DNA from: Vulcanimicrobiota bacterium
GTDB taxonomy: Bacteria; Vulcanimicrobiota; Vulcanimicrobiia; Vulcanimicrobiales; Vulcanimicrobiaceae
Length of the DNA: 64,000 bases
Assembly (NCBI GenBank): GCA_963829005.1
Contig: CAWHGU010000004.1
Span: 25,179-89,178 of the forward strand
Direction: 5' to 3'
The stretch's first letter is position 1. Each line of letters begins with the position of its first letter. The notes beneath the pieces were generated by a model. It did no database searches and was not told the origin of the DNA. It saw only the letters and a program-made list of their open reading frames with translations. Below are positions 44,224-53,092 of the stretch, piece after piece. A program made the position numbers and the translations under genes.

Positions 44224-45081
44224 TCATTCGGCGGCTTCGAGCTCTAGGGCGAGCGCAATGTAGTCGCGGTTACCCGATCCGCTTGCCGCGGCTGCTTCGA
44301 ACTGCGGCAGGATGTTTTCAAGAATCGGCACGGCGACGTGCGCGCGTTGCGCCGCATCTCGCGCGAGCCGCAGATCTTTGAGGAGCGCGTTGAGCGAAAA
44401 GCGCGGTGCGGTATCGCGATCGAGTATCTGCTGCGTCTTTCCGGTTGATACGCGTCCGAGCGCGAGGGAAATGATATCGATGGCGGCCCGCCGATCCACG
44501 CCCGCGCGTTCGCAGAACTGCAGCAGCTCGCCCCACGTTGCTGCTCCGATGCCGAGGATCGTGTTGCTCGTGAGCTTCAAGTACGCGCTTGCGGTGGGCG
44601 ACCCAGTGTACGTCACAGTGCTTCCCATCGTCACGAGAAGATCGCGTGCTCGGTCGAACGCCGCCTGCTCGCCTCCGGGGAGGATGGTCAAAGTACCCTG
44701 CCGAGCCGCGTCGACGCTGCCGATCACGGGCGCGGCCAGAAAGCCGATCTCACGTTCGGACGCCGCCTTCGCCAGCGCCTCGTACATTTGCGGAGAGAGC
44801 GTCGACGTCTCGATCACGACGTTGTTTTTGCGGGCAGCCGGGATCACTCGCCCGAGGCTCACGTCACGTGCGACGTTGTCGTCCCAGAGCATGACGACGA
44901 CGTCGTCGACGGCTGCAACCAGCGCTTCGGGCGACTCGCACGCCGTCGCCCCGGCGGCCGCGAGTTCCTCAATTGGGCCGGACGATCGATCCCAGACCGC
45001 AACGTCGTAGCGGCGCTCGAGCAGATTCCGCGCCATCGCGCTACCCATTTTGCCGAGGCCTACAACACCAACTCGTACCAT
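44224..45081 (-). CDS. NAD(P)-dependent 3-hydroxyisobutyrate / 6-phosphogluconate dehydrogenase-like oxidoreductase
   Basis: VGVVGLGKMGSAMARNLL Rossmann motif and the YLKLTSNT catalytic-Lys region. 285 aa and intact. Confidence 0.85.
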   Translation of the reverse strand: MVRVGVVGLGKMGSAMARNLLERRYDVAVWDRSSGPIEELAAAGATACESPEALVAAVDDVVVMLWDDNVARDVSLGRVIPAARKNNVVIETSTLSPQMYEALAKAASEREIGFLAAPVIGSVDAARQGTLTILPGGEQAAFDRARDLLVTMGSTVTYTGSPTASAYLKLTSNTILGIGAATWGELLQFCERAGVDRRAAIDIISLALGRVSTGKTQQILDRDTAPRFSLNALLKDLRLARDAAQRAHVAVPILENILPQFEAAAASGSGNRDYIALALELEAAE

Positions 45082-45117
45082 GTTATCGTCGTCCTTCGGG
45101 AAGGCCGCTGGATAACC

Positions 45118-47517
45118 TCACGCCGGCGCACCCGAGCGGTGGGCGCGCGTTGCAAGCCTAATAGCTTGCAGCTCGCTCATCGCCACGCCCTCGCGACCGA
45201 GCGCCGCGATCTCGTCGTCGCTAAGCGCCTGATGGAGCGACCTCACGAGCAATTCGTGCGTGTACCGCTCGGTGTTCTCGCGCCGGTATCCCGCTGCGAA
45301 TACGCCGTCGACAAAACCGAGCAGCTTTGCCGCCGTTGAGGCGTCGGCGTGCGCCATCATCGCCGCGAGATGCTGGATCGCGCAGGCGGCGATGCCGGCG
45401 TCGCCGGCCTCGCGAGCGTCGAAGGCGGCTTCTCGGGCAGCTGAGCGAGCCTCGCCCTCACGGCGCAGCTTGAGCAGGTACACGGCGAGGTTGGCTTTGA
45501 TATTTGCCCGGAGGCGCACGTTCTTCCGGGGCGGCCTGCTGGCGAGAAGCTCCTGGAGGCGCGACACGGCGCTTTCGATATCGCCGAGCGCAAATTCGGC
45601 CTCGGCAAGGTTGACTAACGTGACGCTAATGATTCGCTCGTCGCCTTCCCGGCGAGCCAGGGCGAGCGCCTCCAACATCGCCTTCCGCCCTTCCAGCGGA
45701 CGCCCCATCATTTCTAAGCTCACGGCGATCGATCCGAGAGTGCGCGCGACGCCGCGCCCATCGTCGTACTCTTTGCTCAGTTCGAGAGAGCGCTGCAGGT
45801 CGACATCGGCTTGCGCGAAATTTCCGAGACGCATGCATGCGACGCCGCGGCCGCGCAGCGCGCGCCCGACCCCGCCGAGATCTCCGAGCTCTTCGTAGAG
45901 CGTGAGCGCTCGCGCGGAGGCTTCGAAAGCTGCAGCGGGCATGAGAAGATCGCCGCGCATCGCCGCGATCGTCTCCCAGGCCATCGCCCGCAACGGCTTA
46001 GCGAGCGGAGCCCGCCCGTCGAGCGCGCGCTCCGCACGCCTCGCCGACTCGGCGCCTAGGCCGCGGTAGAGAAGAAACTCACGCATTCCCGTCAATAGGC
46101 GTACTCCGAGCGCGACGTCGCCGCTCTCGTCGATCGTCCACTCTAACGCACGACGCAAATTGTCATGATCTGCCTCGAGAGCGTCGTGCCATTCCTGCGT
46201 ACGCGAGTCCCCCGTTTGGACGAGCTTGAGATAGTACTGCGCGTGCCGCTCGGCCAGCTCGCCGATCGTCGCGCCGAGCCTCTCGAGAGCGTAGGCGCGC
46301 ATCATCTCGAGCAGCCGAAATCGCCGCGTTCGGCCGTGCCTCTCGCTGGTCAGCAACGATTTGTCGACGAGCGATCCAAGAAGATCGAGCACGCGAGACT
46401 CATGAACCGTCGGCCCCGCGCAGACGGCGAGCACAGCTTCAAACGAAAAGTCCGCTGGAAAGACGCCGAGGCGTGCAAAGAGCGACTGCTCTTCCGGCGC
46501 GAGCAGATCGTAGCTCCAATCGACGAGCGATCGCATCGTTTCGTGGCGTGCCAAACGCCCGCCGCCGGCCAGCACGGCAAAACGCTGTGATAAGAGCTCT
46601 TCGATGTCCGCCAGACCCAAGACCCGGACGCGCGCCGCCGCGAGCTCGATCGCCAGCGCGATCCCGTCGAGCCTTTTGCAGATTCGCTCGACGATGGGAA
46701 GGTCGCCATCGAGCGAAAACGACGCGTCCGCGCGCCGCGCGGCCTCGGAGAACAGCGCGACCGACGCGTCGACGCTGAGCGACGCCAGCCGGTACGTCTG
46801 TTCTCCCGCGATTCCGAGCGGCTGCCGGCTCGTCGCGAGGATCCGGACGTCCGGGCATTTGCCGGCGATTTTTTCGACGGCTGCCGCGGCCGCGTTCACG
46901 ACGTGTTCGCAGTTATCGAGAATCAGCAGCAGCTTCTTTCGCGAGAGCGCATCCGCAATCGCGTCGATGAGCGGCCGAACCGGACTCTCGCGAATGCCGA
47001 AGACGCCTGCGATCGTAGGATGGACTGCGCCCGAATCGCGCACGACGACGAGATCGACGAACCATGCTCCATCTTCCGCATCATCGAGCGCGCGGAATCC
47101 CAGCTCGACCGCCAACCGGGTCTTGCCGACCCCGCCCGCACCGGTCAGCGTGAGCACTCGAGCGCTTTCCATTAGGGCCGCGATGTCGGCGAGATCGTTC
47201 TCGCGCCCGAAAAGCGGCGACGTCAAGCGCGGCAGGTTGTGTTTTTTGGCTGCGCGCGCTTCCATGCGGCGCGGGCGCGAGGGGCGTCCCGCCGCGGCTT
47301 CGATGGCCTGGCGTTGCTGCGGTTGCAGTTGCAGCGCATCGAGGATCAATGCCAACGTTTCACGTTGCGGCGCCTTGTTGACCCCGCGCTCCAGCGCGCT
47401 GATGCCGTCGGCGCTCATCGCCGCGCGCTCGGCGAGGGCTGCCTGCGTGAGCTGCGCCTTGAGGCGAAACTCGCGTAACAGCGAGCCGAACGACGAGGGG
47501 TCGACGAGCCTTCGCAT
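45118..47517 (-). CDS. XRE-type HTH fused to NB-ARC-type STAND ATPase and TPR array (799 aa)
   Basis: LREFRLKAQLTQAALAERAAMSADGISALERG HTH, GAGGVGKTRLA Walker A, LLLILDNCEH Walker B. The central module is closely similar to 3505-6252. Confidence 0.85.
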   Translation of the reverse strand: MRRLVDPSSFGSLLREFRLKAQLTQAALAERAAMSADGISALERGVNKAPQRETLALILDALQLQPQQRQAIEAAAGRPSRPRRMEARAAKKHNLPRLTSPLFGRENDLADIAALMESARVLTLTGAGGVGKTRLAVELGFRALDDAEDGAWFVDLVVVRDSGAVHPTIAGVFGIRESPVRPLIDAIADALSRKKLLLILDNCEHVVNAAAAAVEKIAGKCPDVRILATSRQPLGIAGEQTYRLASLSVDASVALFSEAARRADASFSLDGDLPIVERICKRLDGIALAIELAAARVRVLGLADIEELLSQRFAVLAGGGRLARHETMRSLVDWSYDLLAPEEQSLFARLGVFPADFSFEAVLAVCAGPTVHESRVLDLLGSLVDKSLLTSERHGRTRRFRLLEMMRAYALERLGATIGELAERHAQYYLKLVQTGDSRTQEWHDALEADHDNLRRALEWTIDESGDVALGVRLLTGMREFLLYRGLGAESARRAERALDGRAPLAKPLRAMAWETIAAMRGDLLMPAAAFEASARALTLYEELGDLGGVGRALRGRGVACMRLGNFAQADVDLQRSLELSKEYDDGRGVARTLGSIAVSLEMMGRPLEGRKAMLEALALARREGDERIISVTLVNLAEAEFALGDIESAVSRLQELLASRPPRKNVRLRANIKANLAVYLLKLRREGEARSAAREAAFDAREAGDAGIAACAIQHLAAMMAHADASTAAKLLGFVDGVFAAGYRRENTERYTHELLVRSLHQALSDDEIAALGREGVAMSELQAIRLATRAHRSGAPA

Positions 47518-47754
47518 GGCGGCGACTTATACGACTAAGTTATACGGATATCGGTTCCGGCGAGGCGGCGATTGCGGCATACTGTCCGACGGGCCACGAG
47601 ATCCACACCATTGCCAGCATGAAGGAGACAGAGAGCGCATGCTTACCATGACCAGAAAGCGCACGCTTACCAGACCCATCGGGGGCGCCGGACCGACGAT
47701 ACCTCGACCGGACCTCGAGTGTTCGCTCTTCCCAGGGTGGGGACCGCGGCTGCC

Positions 47755-48672
47755 ATGATCTCCACCCTGCGCGCATCGCTGCGCGAATCACTTTGGCCCG
47801 GATGGGCCGGCGCCTATGCCTTCGTCAGCGTCGTAACCGCGATCGTGTTGGCGCGACCCGGGCCGGATGCGTTCCTTCGCATGAACGCGACCTACTTGCT
47901 CTTCTGGATGGCATCGACCACAGTTGCACTGGCGTGCTGGGGACAGTGGCAGCTGCATCGCCGATTCAGCGCGGTCAACTTCGTGCGGCACAACGAGGTC
48001 GGTGGCTTCATCGTCGCGGTCGTAGGTTCGCTTTACGGAGTGCTCCTCGCGTTCATGACCGTCATCGCCTGGCAGCATTTCGCCGCCTGCGCGCAGCTCG
48101 TGGCCCAGGAATCCGCCGCCGCGACGGACGCGTGGCACACCGCGGTCGGGCTGCCGCCGGCGCCGCGGGCCCGCGTGCGTCACGACATGTTGCTGTATGC
48201 CGACGCGATGCTCGTGCAAGAGTGGCCTGCGATGCGAGCACGCACGTTCGACCGGGAAGCGGACTGGATCGTCATGGACGCGATCGGCACGACCGGCGGG
48301 TTGGATTCGCGGTCGCTAAAGGAGGGAAACGCACAAAATGCAACGCTGCAACAGTTGAGCGCGCTGCACGACTACCGCCAGCGGCGGCTCGCGGAGAATG
48401 GCGCGGGAATTTCCTCGTTCGAGTGGCTCGTCTTGGTGATCGGCGGGGCTTGCATCGTCGGTTTCTGTTGGCTCTTCGGCCTGGAAAACGAGAAGGTCCA
48501 TCTGATGATGACTTCGGCCGTGACGATCATCGTGACCGCCACGCTCGTGCTGCTCTTCGAGCTCCAGTATCCGTTCCAAAGCTATCTCCGCATCCAACCC
48601 GACGAGTGGCACGCCGTCGTGGCACACATCGAGTACATGCAGAGCGGGCCTCAGGCCACGATGCGTATGTGA
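47755..48672 (+). CDS. DUF4239-like membrane protein
   Basis: TM pairs at both ends. GGFIVAVVGSLYGVLLAFMTVIAWQHF segment is typical of the family as I recall it. Confidence 0.55.
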   Translation: MISTLRASLRESLWPGWAGAYAFVSVVTAIVLARPGPDAFLRMNATYLLFWMASTTVALACWGQWQLHRRFSAVNFVRHNEVGGFIVAVVGSLYGVLLAFMTVIAWQHFAACAQLVAQESAAATDAWHTAVGLPPAPRARVRHDMLLYADAMLVQEWPAMRARTFDREADWIVMDAIGTTGGLDSRSLKEGNAQNATLQQLSALHDYRQRRLAENGAGISSFEWLVLVIGGACIVGFCWLFGLENEKVHLMMTSAVTIIVTATLVLLFELQYPFQSYLRIQPDEWHAVVAHIEYMQSGPQATMRM

Positions 48673-48799
48673 GCGCCGGCATAAAGTCAAACTGACTCGC
48701 GATGCCGCGTCGCGCGCGCTGCGAGCACGTCGAGCCAAGCTGAGCTCGCCGCAAAAATACTAGGCGGATTCGGTTAGTCCGTCGCGAACGGACGACGGC

Positions 48800-50207
48800 A
48801 TGCTTTCGCGCCGCGACATGCTCCGCGCAACGGCCGGCATCGCCGCCGCGGGATTGATGCCTTCGCCGACCGCCGCTGCATCCTCCGACGCGGCGCTCTT
48901 CGGCGAGCTCGACAAGCGCATCGAGGCCGCGATGCAACGCTACAAGGTGCCGGGCGTCGCCGTCGCCGTTTTTTACAAGGGCCGTGAGTACGTACGCGGC
49001 TATGGCAAGACGAACGTCGATCGTCCGGTCGCCGTCGACGGCGATACGCTCTTTCGCATCGGCTCGATCACGAAGACGTTTACCGGCACCGCCATGATGC
49101 GGCTCGTCGAGCAGGGCAAGGTAGATCTCGACGCGCCGGTTCGCTCGTATCTCCCCGGCCTCCAGCTCGCCGACGAGTCGGTCGCGCGGCGCGTGACGGT
49201 GCGGCAGCTCCTCAACCACAGTGCCGGCTGGCTCGGCGACGATTACGTGACTTACGGATCCGGCGACGACGCGCTCGCAAAGTACGTCGCCGGGATGCGC
49301 GCGCTGCCGCAGCTCACCCCGCTGGGCCAAATTCTCGCCTACAACAACGCCGCAGTGGATCTGGCCGGCCGCGTGATCGAGGTGGTCACGAACGCGCCGT
49401 ACGAGCGCGCCGTCGAGGTGCTCGTGCTGCGGCCGCTGCGCTTGAGTCACTCCGGCTTCTTCACCGAGCGCCTGCGCAGTATCCATCGCTCAGTCGCACG
49501 ACGTCAAGAAGGGCAAACCCCTGGTCGACGCGGCGTCCTGGAACTTTCCGCGCTCGCTCAATCCGACCGGCGGCCTAATCTCCAGCGCGCGCGACCAGCT
49601 GCGCTACGCCCGGTTTCATCTCGACTATCCGGTAATGCAGAAAGACCCCGGCCCGGGCGGAACGCTCAGCTTCGAAGTCGACGGCGTGTGCGTCACCTGG
49701 TGGCAGCGGCGCACCGCCGAGGGCGTCCCCGTGTTTCAACACATGGGGTCGTGGGGCGGGCAAAACGCGGATCTCTTGCTCGTTCCCGCGCGCGGGTTTG
49801 CGATGTCGATTTTGACCAACTCCACCACCGGCCCGATGGTCATCGCCGACATCGATCGCTCGGGTTGGGCGTTGAGCCGGTTCGCCGGACTGCATAACCC
49901 GCCGGCGGCGACGAGACCGTTGCCGCAAAGCACGCTCGCGCAATACGAAGGCCGCTACGAGGGCTGGATCGTACCGCCCGACGGGTCTCCGCAGAAGCCC
50001 GAGAAGCTCGCGGTCGAACTGCGCAGGGACGGCGGGGGCCTGCGCGCCGCCGGCGATCTCGAGTTATCGCTGGCGTTCTACCGGAACGATTACGTCGTGA
50101 CGACCGATGCGCAAGGCTTATCCAAGCGCAGCGATTTCGTGCGCGGTGCGAACGGACGCGTCGCGTGGTACCGGGATAATGGGCGAATCTTCAAGCGCGT
50201 AGGCTAG
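48800..50207 (+). pseudogene. serine hydrolase (beta-lactamase/PBP4*-type), Tat signal, frameshifted near 49455-49490
   Basis: SRRDMLR Tat motif, active-site SITKTF, and YNNA in the first frame. NPTGGLISSARDQLRYARFHL and HMGSWGGQ in the second frame. Confidence 0.7.
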
Positions 50208-50210
50208 CTC

Positions 50211-51722
50211 TTACTTCGGGCAGAGCGTCGTGCGCGGCGTCGACGATGGATCGTCGAGAAAGTGCCACTCCGCTTCGAACGCGCAGCGCGAGAGCAGCCA
50301 GCTCTGATGCCCGTCGACCTCGGCGATGAGCAGCCGCGCCCGCGGAATCTGCAGCCACACGTTAAGCGCGCTCGCCAGCGGCGTGGCCGGATCGTAGGCG
50401 GGGTTCGCGACCATCACGTTGGGGTGCGGGCCGACGTCGAGCTTGTGCGGCGGATTGATCGCCGGCCACGGCCACCCGGCGCAGTCCGGTACGCCGAGCG
50501 AGGCGTGCGCGATGGGGTACGGATCCCAGAACTTCCAGACGAAGCGCGGCGCCTCGGCGGCCAGCGCGTCGGCGGTCGGCAACAGCGCGTTGTAATCGTT
50601 CTGCGGTCCGTAGTCGGCGCAGAAGACTCCGGGAAAAAGCCCGTTCTTGCCGGCGCGAAGGCTCGGATCTTGCGACGCGCTCTCCATGGCCGCAGCGCCG
50701 GTCTGCGTCAGAGATTTGAGCATCGCCGTATCGCCGCGGCTGAGCTGTTCCAGCATCTTCGCGATGACCGGCCAGCCGAAATCCGGGTCGCGGCCGGCCG
50801 CCAAAAACTGCGCCAGAAGCACCCGCGTTTCCGGCCTCTTCTGCGTGATGGAGTCGTAAACGGCGCCGACGTCTCGGCCGTGCAGCGCGCAGGAGGAATC
50901 GCTCTTGCACCAGCGTTCGAAGCGATCGAACGAGTCACCGACCGATGCGACGTTGCGCGCCGATAGCGCCGCCAAGTCGATGCTGTGATCGACGACCGCA
51001 TCGATCACCATCGCCTTTACGCGATCTGGGTAGCGCTCGAGGTATGCTGCTCCGTAAGCTGAGCCATAGGATCCGCCGTACGCAATCAGTCCCTGATTCG
51101 GCGCCAAGGCGAGGCGCATCTGCTCGACGTCCGCCGCAGTGTCCATGGCCGACAGGTGCCGGAAGAGCTCGCCCGTCAATGCGTCGCAGCTCTTGAAGAG
51201 CGCCGCGTTCGCGTCGGCGATCGCCTTGAACTCATCTGCCGTCGGAGCCATGGCGGGCGGCGGCTTCGGCGATGCGACTGCATCGGGCGCGCAGCGGATC
51301 GGGTTGCTCTCGCCGACGCCGCGCGGATCGAAGGTAACGAGCTCGTACTCCCGCCGAAGCTCGTCGACGTGGTGCTCCTTGCGCAGAGGGCCGAGGATTG
51401 ACGGGATGCCGGCGCCCGGTCCGCCGGGGAGAAAGATCAGCACGCCCTTCTTGCGGCTCGGGTTCAGCGCCGGCACGCGCGCGATGCGCAACGTGAACTT
51501 CGCGCCCTCCGGCTTGGCCGGATCGACCGGCACGCGCAACCCGGCGCACTGCGTGTTCGGAACGTCGACACACGCGGCCCAGTGCAGCGTTGCCGGCGCC
51601 TGTTGAGCCGGGGCCGTCTGACTGGCAGTGGTTTGCGTTCCACTCGAGCATGCCGACAAAACAACAAGAATGGCGGCAACTTCGAACGCGAGCTGCCTCG
51701 GTAAACGGCTGGATTTGTGCAT
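50211..51722 (-). CDS. alpha/beta-hydrolase lipoprotein, tripeptidyl-aminopeptidase (S33 TAP)-like
   Basis: Lipobox VLSAC, FLPGGPGAG, GGSYGS nucleophile elbow, and a TAP-like C-terminal region. Confidence 0.75.
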   Translation of the reverse strand: MHKSSRLPRQLAFEVAAILVVLSACSSGTQTTASQTAPAQQAPATLHWAACVDVPNTQCAGLRVPVDPAKPEGAKFTLRIARVPALNPSRKKGVLIFLPGGPGAGIPSILGPLRKEHHVDELRREYELVTFDPRGVGESNPIRCAPDAVASPKPPPAMAPTADEFKAIADANAALFKSCDALTGELFRHLSAMDTAADVEQMRLALAPNQGLIAYGGSYGSAYGAAYLERYPDRVKAMVIDAVVDHSIDLAALSARNVASVGDSFDRFERWCKSDSSCALHGRDVGAVYDSITQKRPETRVLLAQFLAAGRDPDFGWPVIAKMLEQLSRGDTAMLKSLTQTGAAAMESASQDPSLRAGKNGLFPGVFCADYGPQNDYNALLPTADALAAEAPRFVWKFWDPYPIAHASLGVPDCAGWPWPAINPPHKLDVGPHPNVMVANPAYDPATPLASALNVWLQIPRARLLIAEVDGHQSWLLSRCAFEAEWHFLDDPSSTPRTTLCPK

Positions 51723-51733
51723 CTCGATGCGCT

Positions 51734-53035
51734 TTAGGCGCTTCGGACGGACCGGAACGTAGCGCGTACGTCTTCGGAGAAGAGTTGCGGCTGCTCCCAG
51801 GCAGCAAAGTGACCGCCGACGTCGTGCTTCTTGTAATAGACCAGTTTGGGATACGCCTTCTCCGACCAGCTCCGCGGCGCCGTATAGATCTCGTGCGGAA
51901 AGGCACTGACTCCGACCGGAATGGTCACGCCTTTGACGTCGAAAAAGTCGAGCTTATTTTCCCAGTACAAGCGCGCCGACGAGATACCCGTCTTCGTGAA
52001 CCAGTACATCGTGATGTTGTCGAGCACGTCGTCGCGCGAAAGGCCGCCGGGGTGGCCCGCAAAGGCCGGTGCGATCATCTCGTAGCTGTCCTTGTCGTGA
52101 TCGAGAATCCAAGCCGCGAGACCAATTGGTGAATCCATTAATCCGTAGAGGGTCTGCGGGCGATTGCTCATCTCGACGGCATAGCCGACATGATGCGTAT
52201 AGAAGTCTGTCAGCTGCTCGAACGCGTGCAGCTCGTCGCCGGAAAGACTCGCCGGCGCGGGCCGGCCCGATTTGGCCGCCGCTAGGATGTCGGCCGGAAC
52301 GGTACCCGGCATGTTGCTGTGAATGGCCTGCACCTGCGCCGGCGCGAGTAGAGCGAGCTCCTGCGTGACCGCCGCACCCCAGTCGCCGCCTTGCGCCACG
52401 AACTTCGAATAGCCAAGCCGCTCCATCAGCACGACCCACGCCTTTGCGACTCGTACCGGATCCCACCCGAGGGTCGCCGGCTCGGGCGAATACCCGTAGC
52501 CCGGGATCGACGGAATTACGAGATGGAACGCATCCGATGCGCTCGCACCGTGTGCCGCGGGATCGGTGAGCAGGCCGATGATCTTGGTCTGCTCGATGTA
52601 CGATCCCGGCCACCCGTGCGTTACGATCAGCGGCAACGCATTTTCGTGCTTGGAGCGTACGTGGATGAAATGAATATCCTGCCCGTCGACCTCCGTCATG
52701 AACTGCGGGATCGCGTTGAGCTTAGTCTCGCACTTGCGCCAATCGTAATCGGTCGCCCAATAGGTCGCGAGCGCCTGCGTCGTGGCCAACTGCACGCCTT
52801 GTGACTGGTCCGAAACGAGCTCGCGGGTGGGCCATCGCATCGCCTTGATGCGAGCGCGGAGCTCAACGAGCTCGGCTTCCGGAACGTTCAGCTTGGGAAA
52901 CGGGCGAACTTGCGTCATGGCGGCGTTCCTTTGCGAGCTGGCTTGCGTGGAATTCGAGCGCGCGCAACCCACGATTGCGAGCTGCGTCGCTGCTAGACCG
53001 ATGGTTGCGGTACCGACGAAACGGCGGCGGTCCAC
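51734..53035 (-). CDS. epoxide hydrolase, Tat signal; paralogue of 22554-23858
   Basis: DRRRFVG, VRPFPKLNVPEAELVELRARI...RWP, THGWPGS. Confidence 0.85.
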   Translation of the reverse strand: MDRRRFVGTATIGLAATQLAIVGCARSNSTQASSQRNAAMTQVRPFPKLNVPEAELVELRARIKAMRWPTRELVSDQSQGVQLATTQALATYWATDYDWRKCETKLNAIPQFMTEVDGQDIHFIHVRSKHENALPLIVTHGWPGSYIEQTKIIGLLTDPAAHGASASDAFHLVIPSIPGYGYSPEPATLGWDPVRVAKAWVVLMERLGYSKFVAQGGDWGAAVTQELALLAPAQVQAIHSNMPGTVPADILAAAKSGRPAPASLSGDELHAFEQLTDFYTHHVGYAVEMSNRPQTLYGLMDSPIGLAAWILDHDKDSYEMIAPAFAGHPGGLSRDDVLDNITMYWFTKTGISSARLYWENKLDFFDVKGVTIPVGVSAFPHEIYTAPRSWSEKAYPKLVYYKKHDVGGHFAAWEQPQLFSEDVRATFRSVRSA

Positions 53036-53092
53036 TTGCGAAATTGCCTCACCTCGGGTCGCGCGAGAATGAAAGCCCTGGAGGTCTGCATG

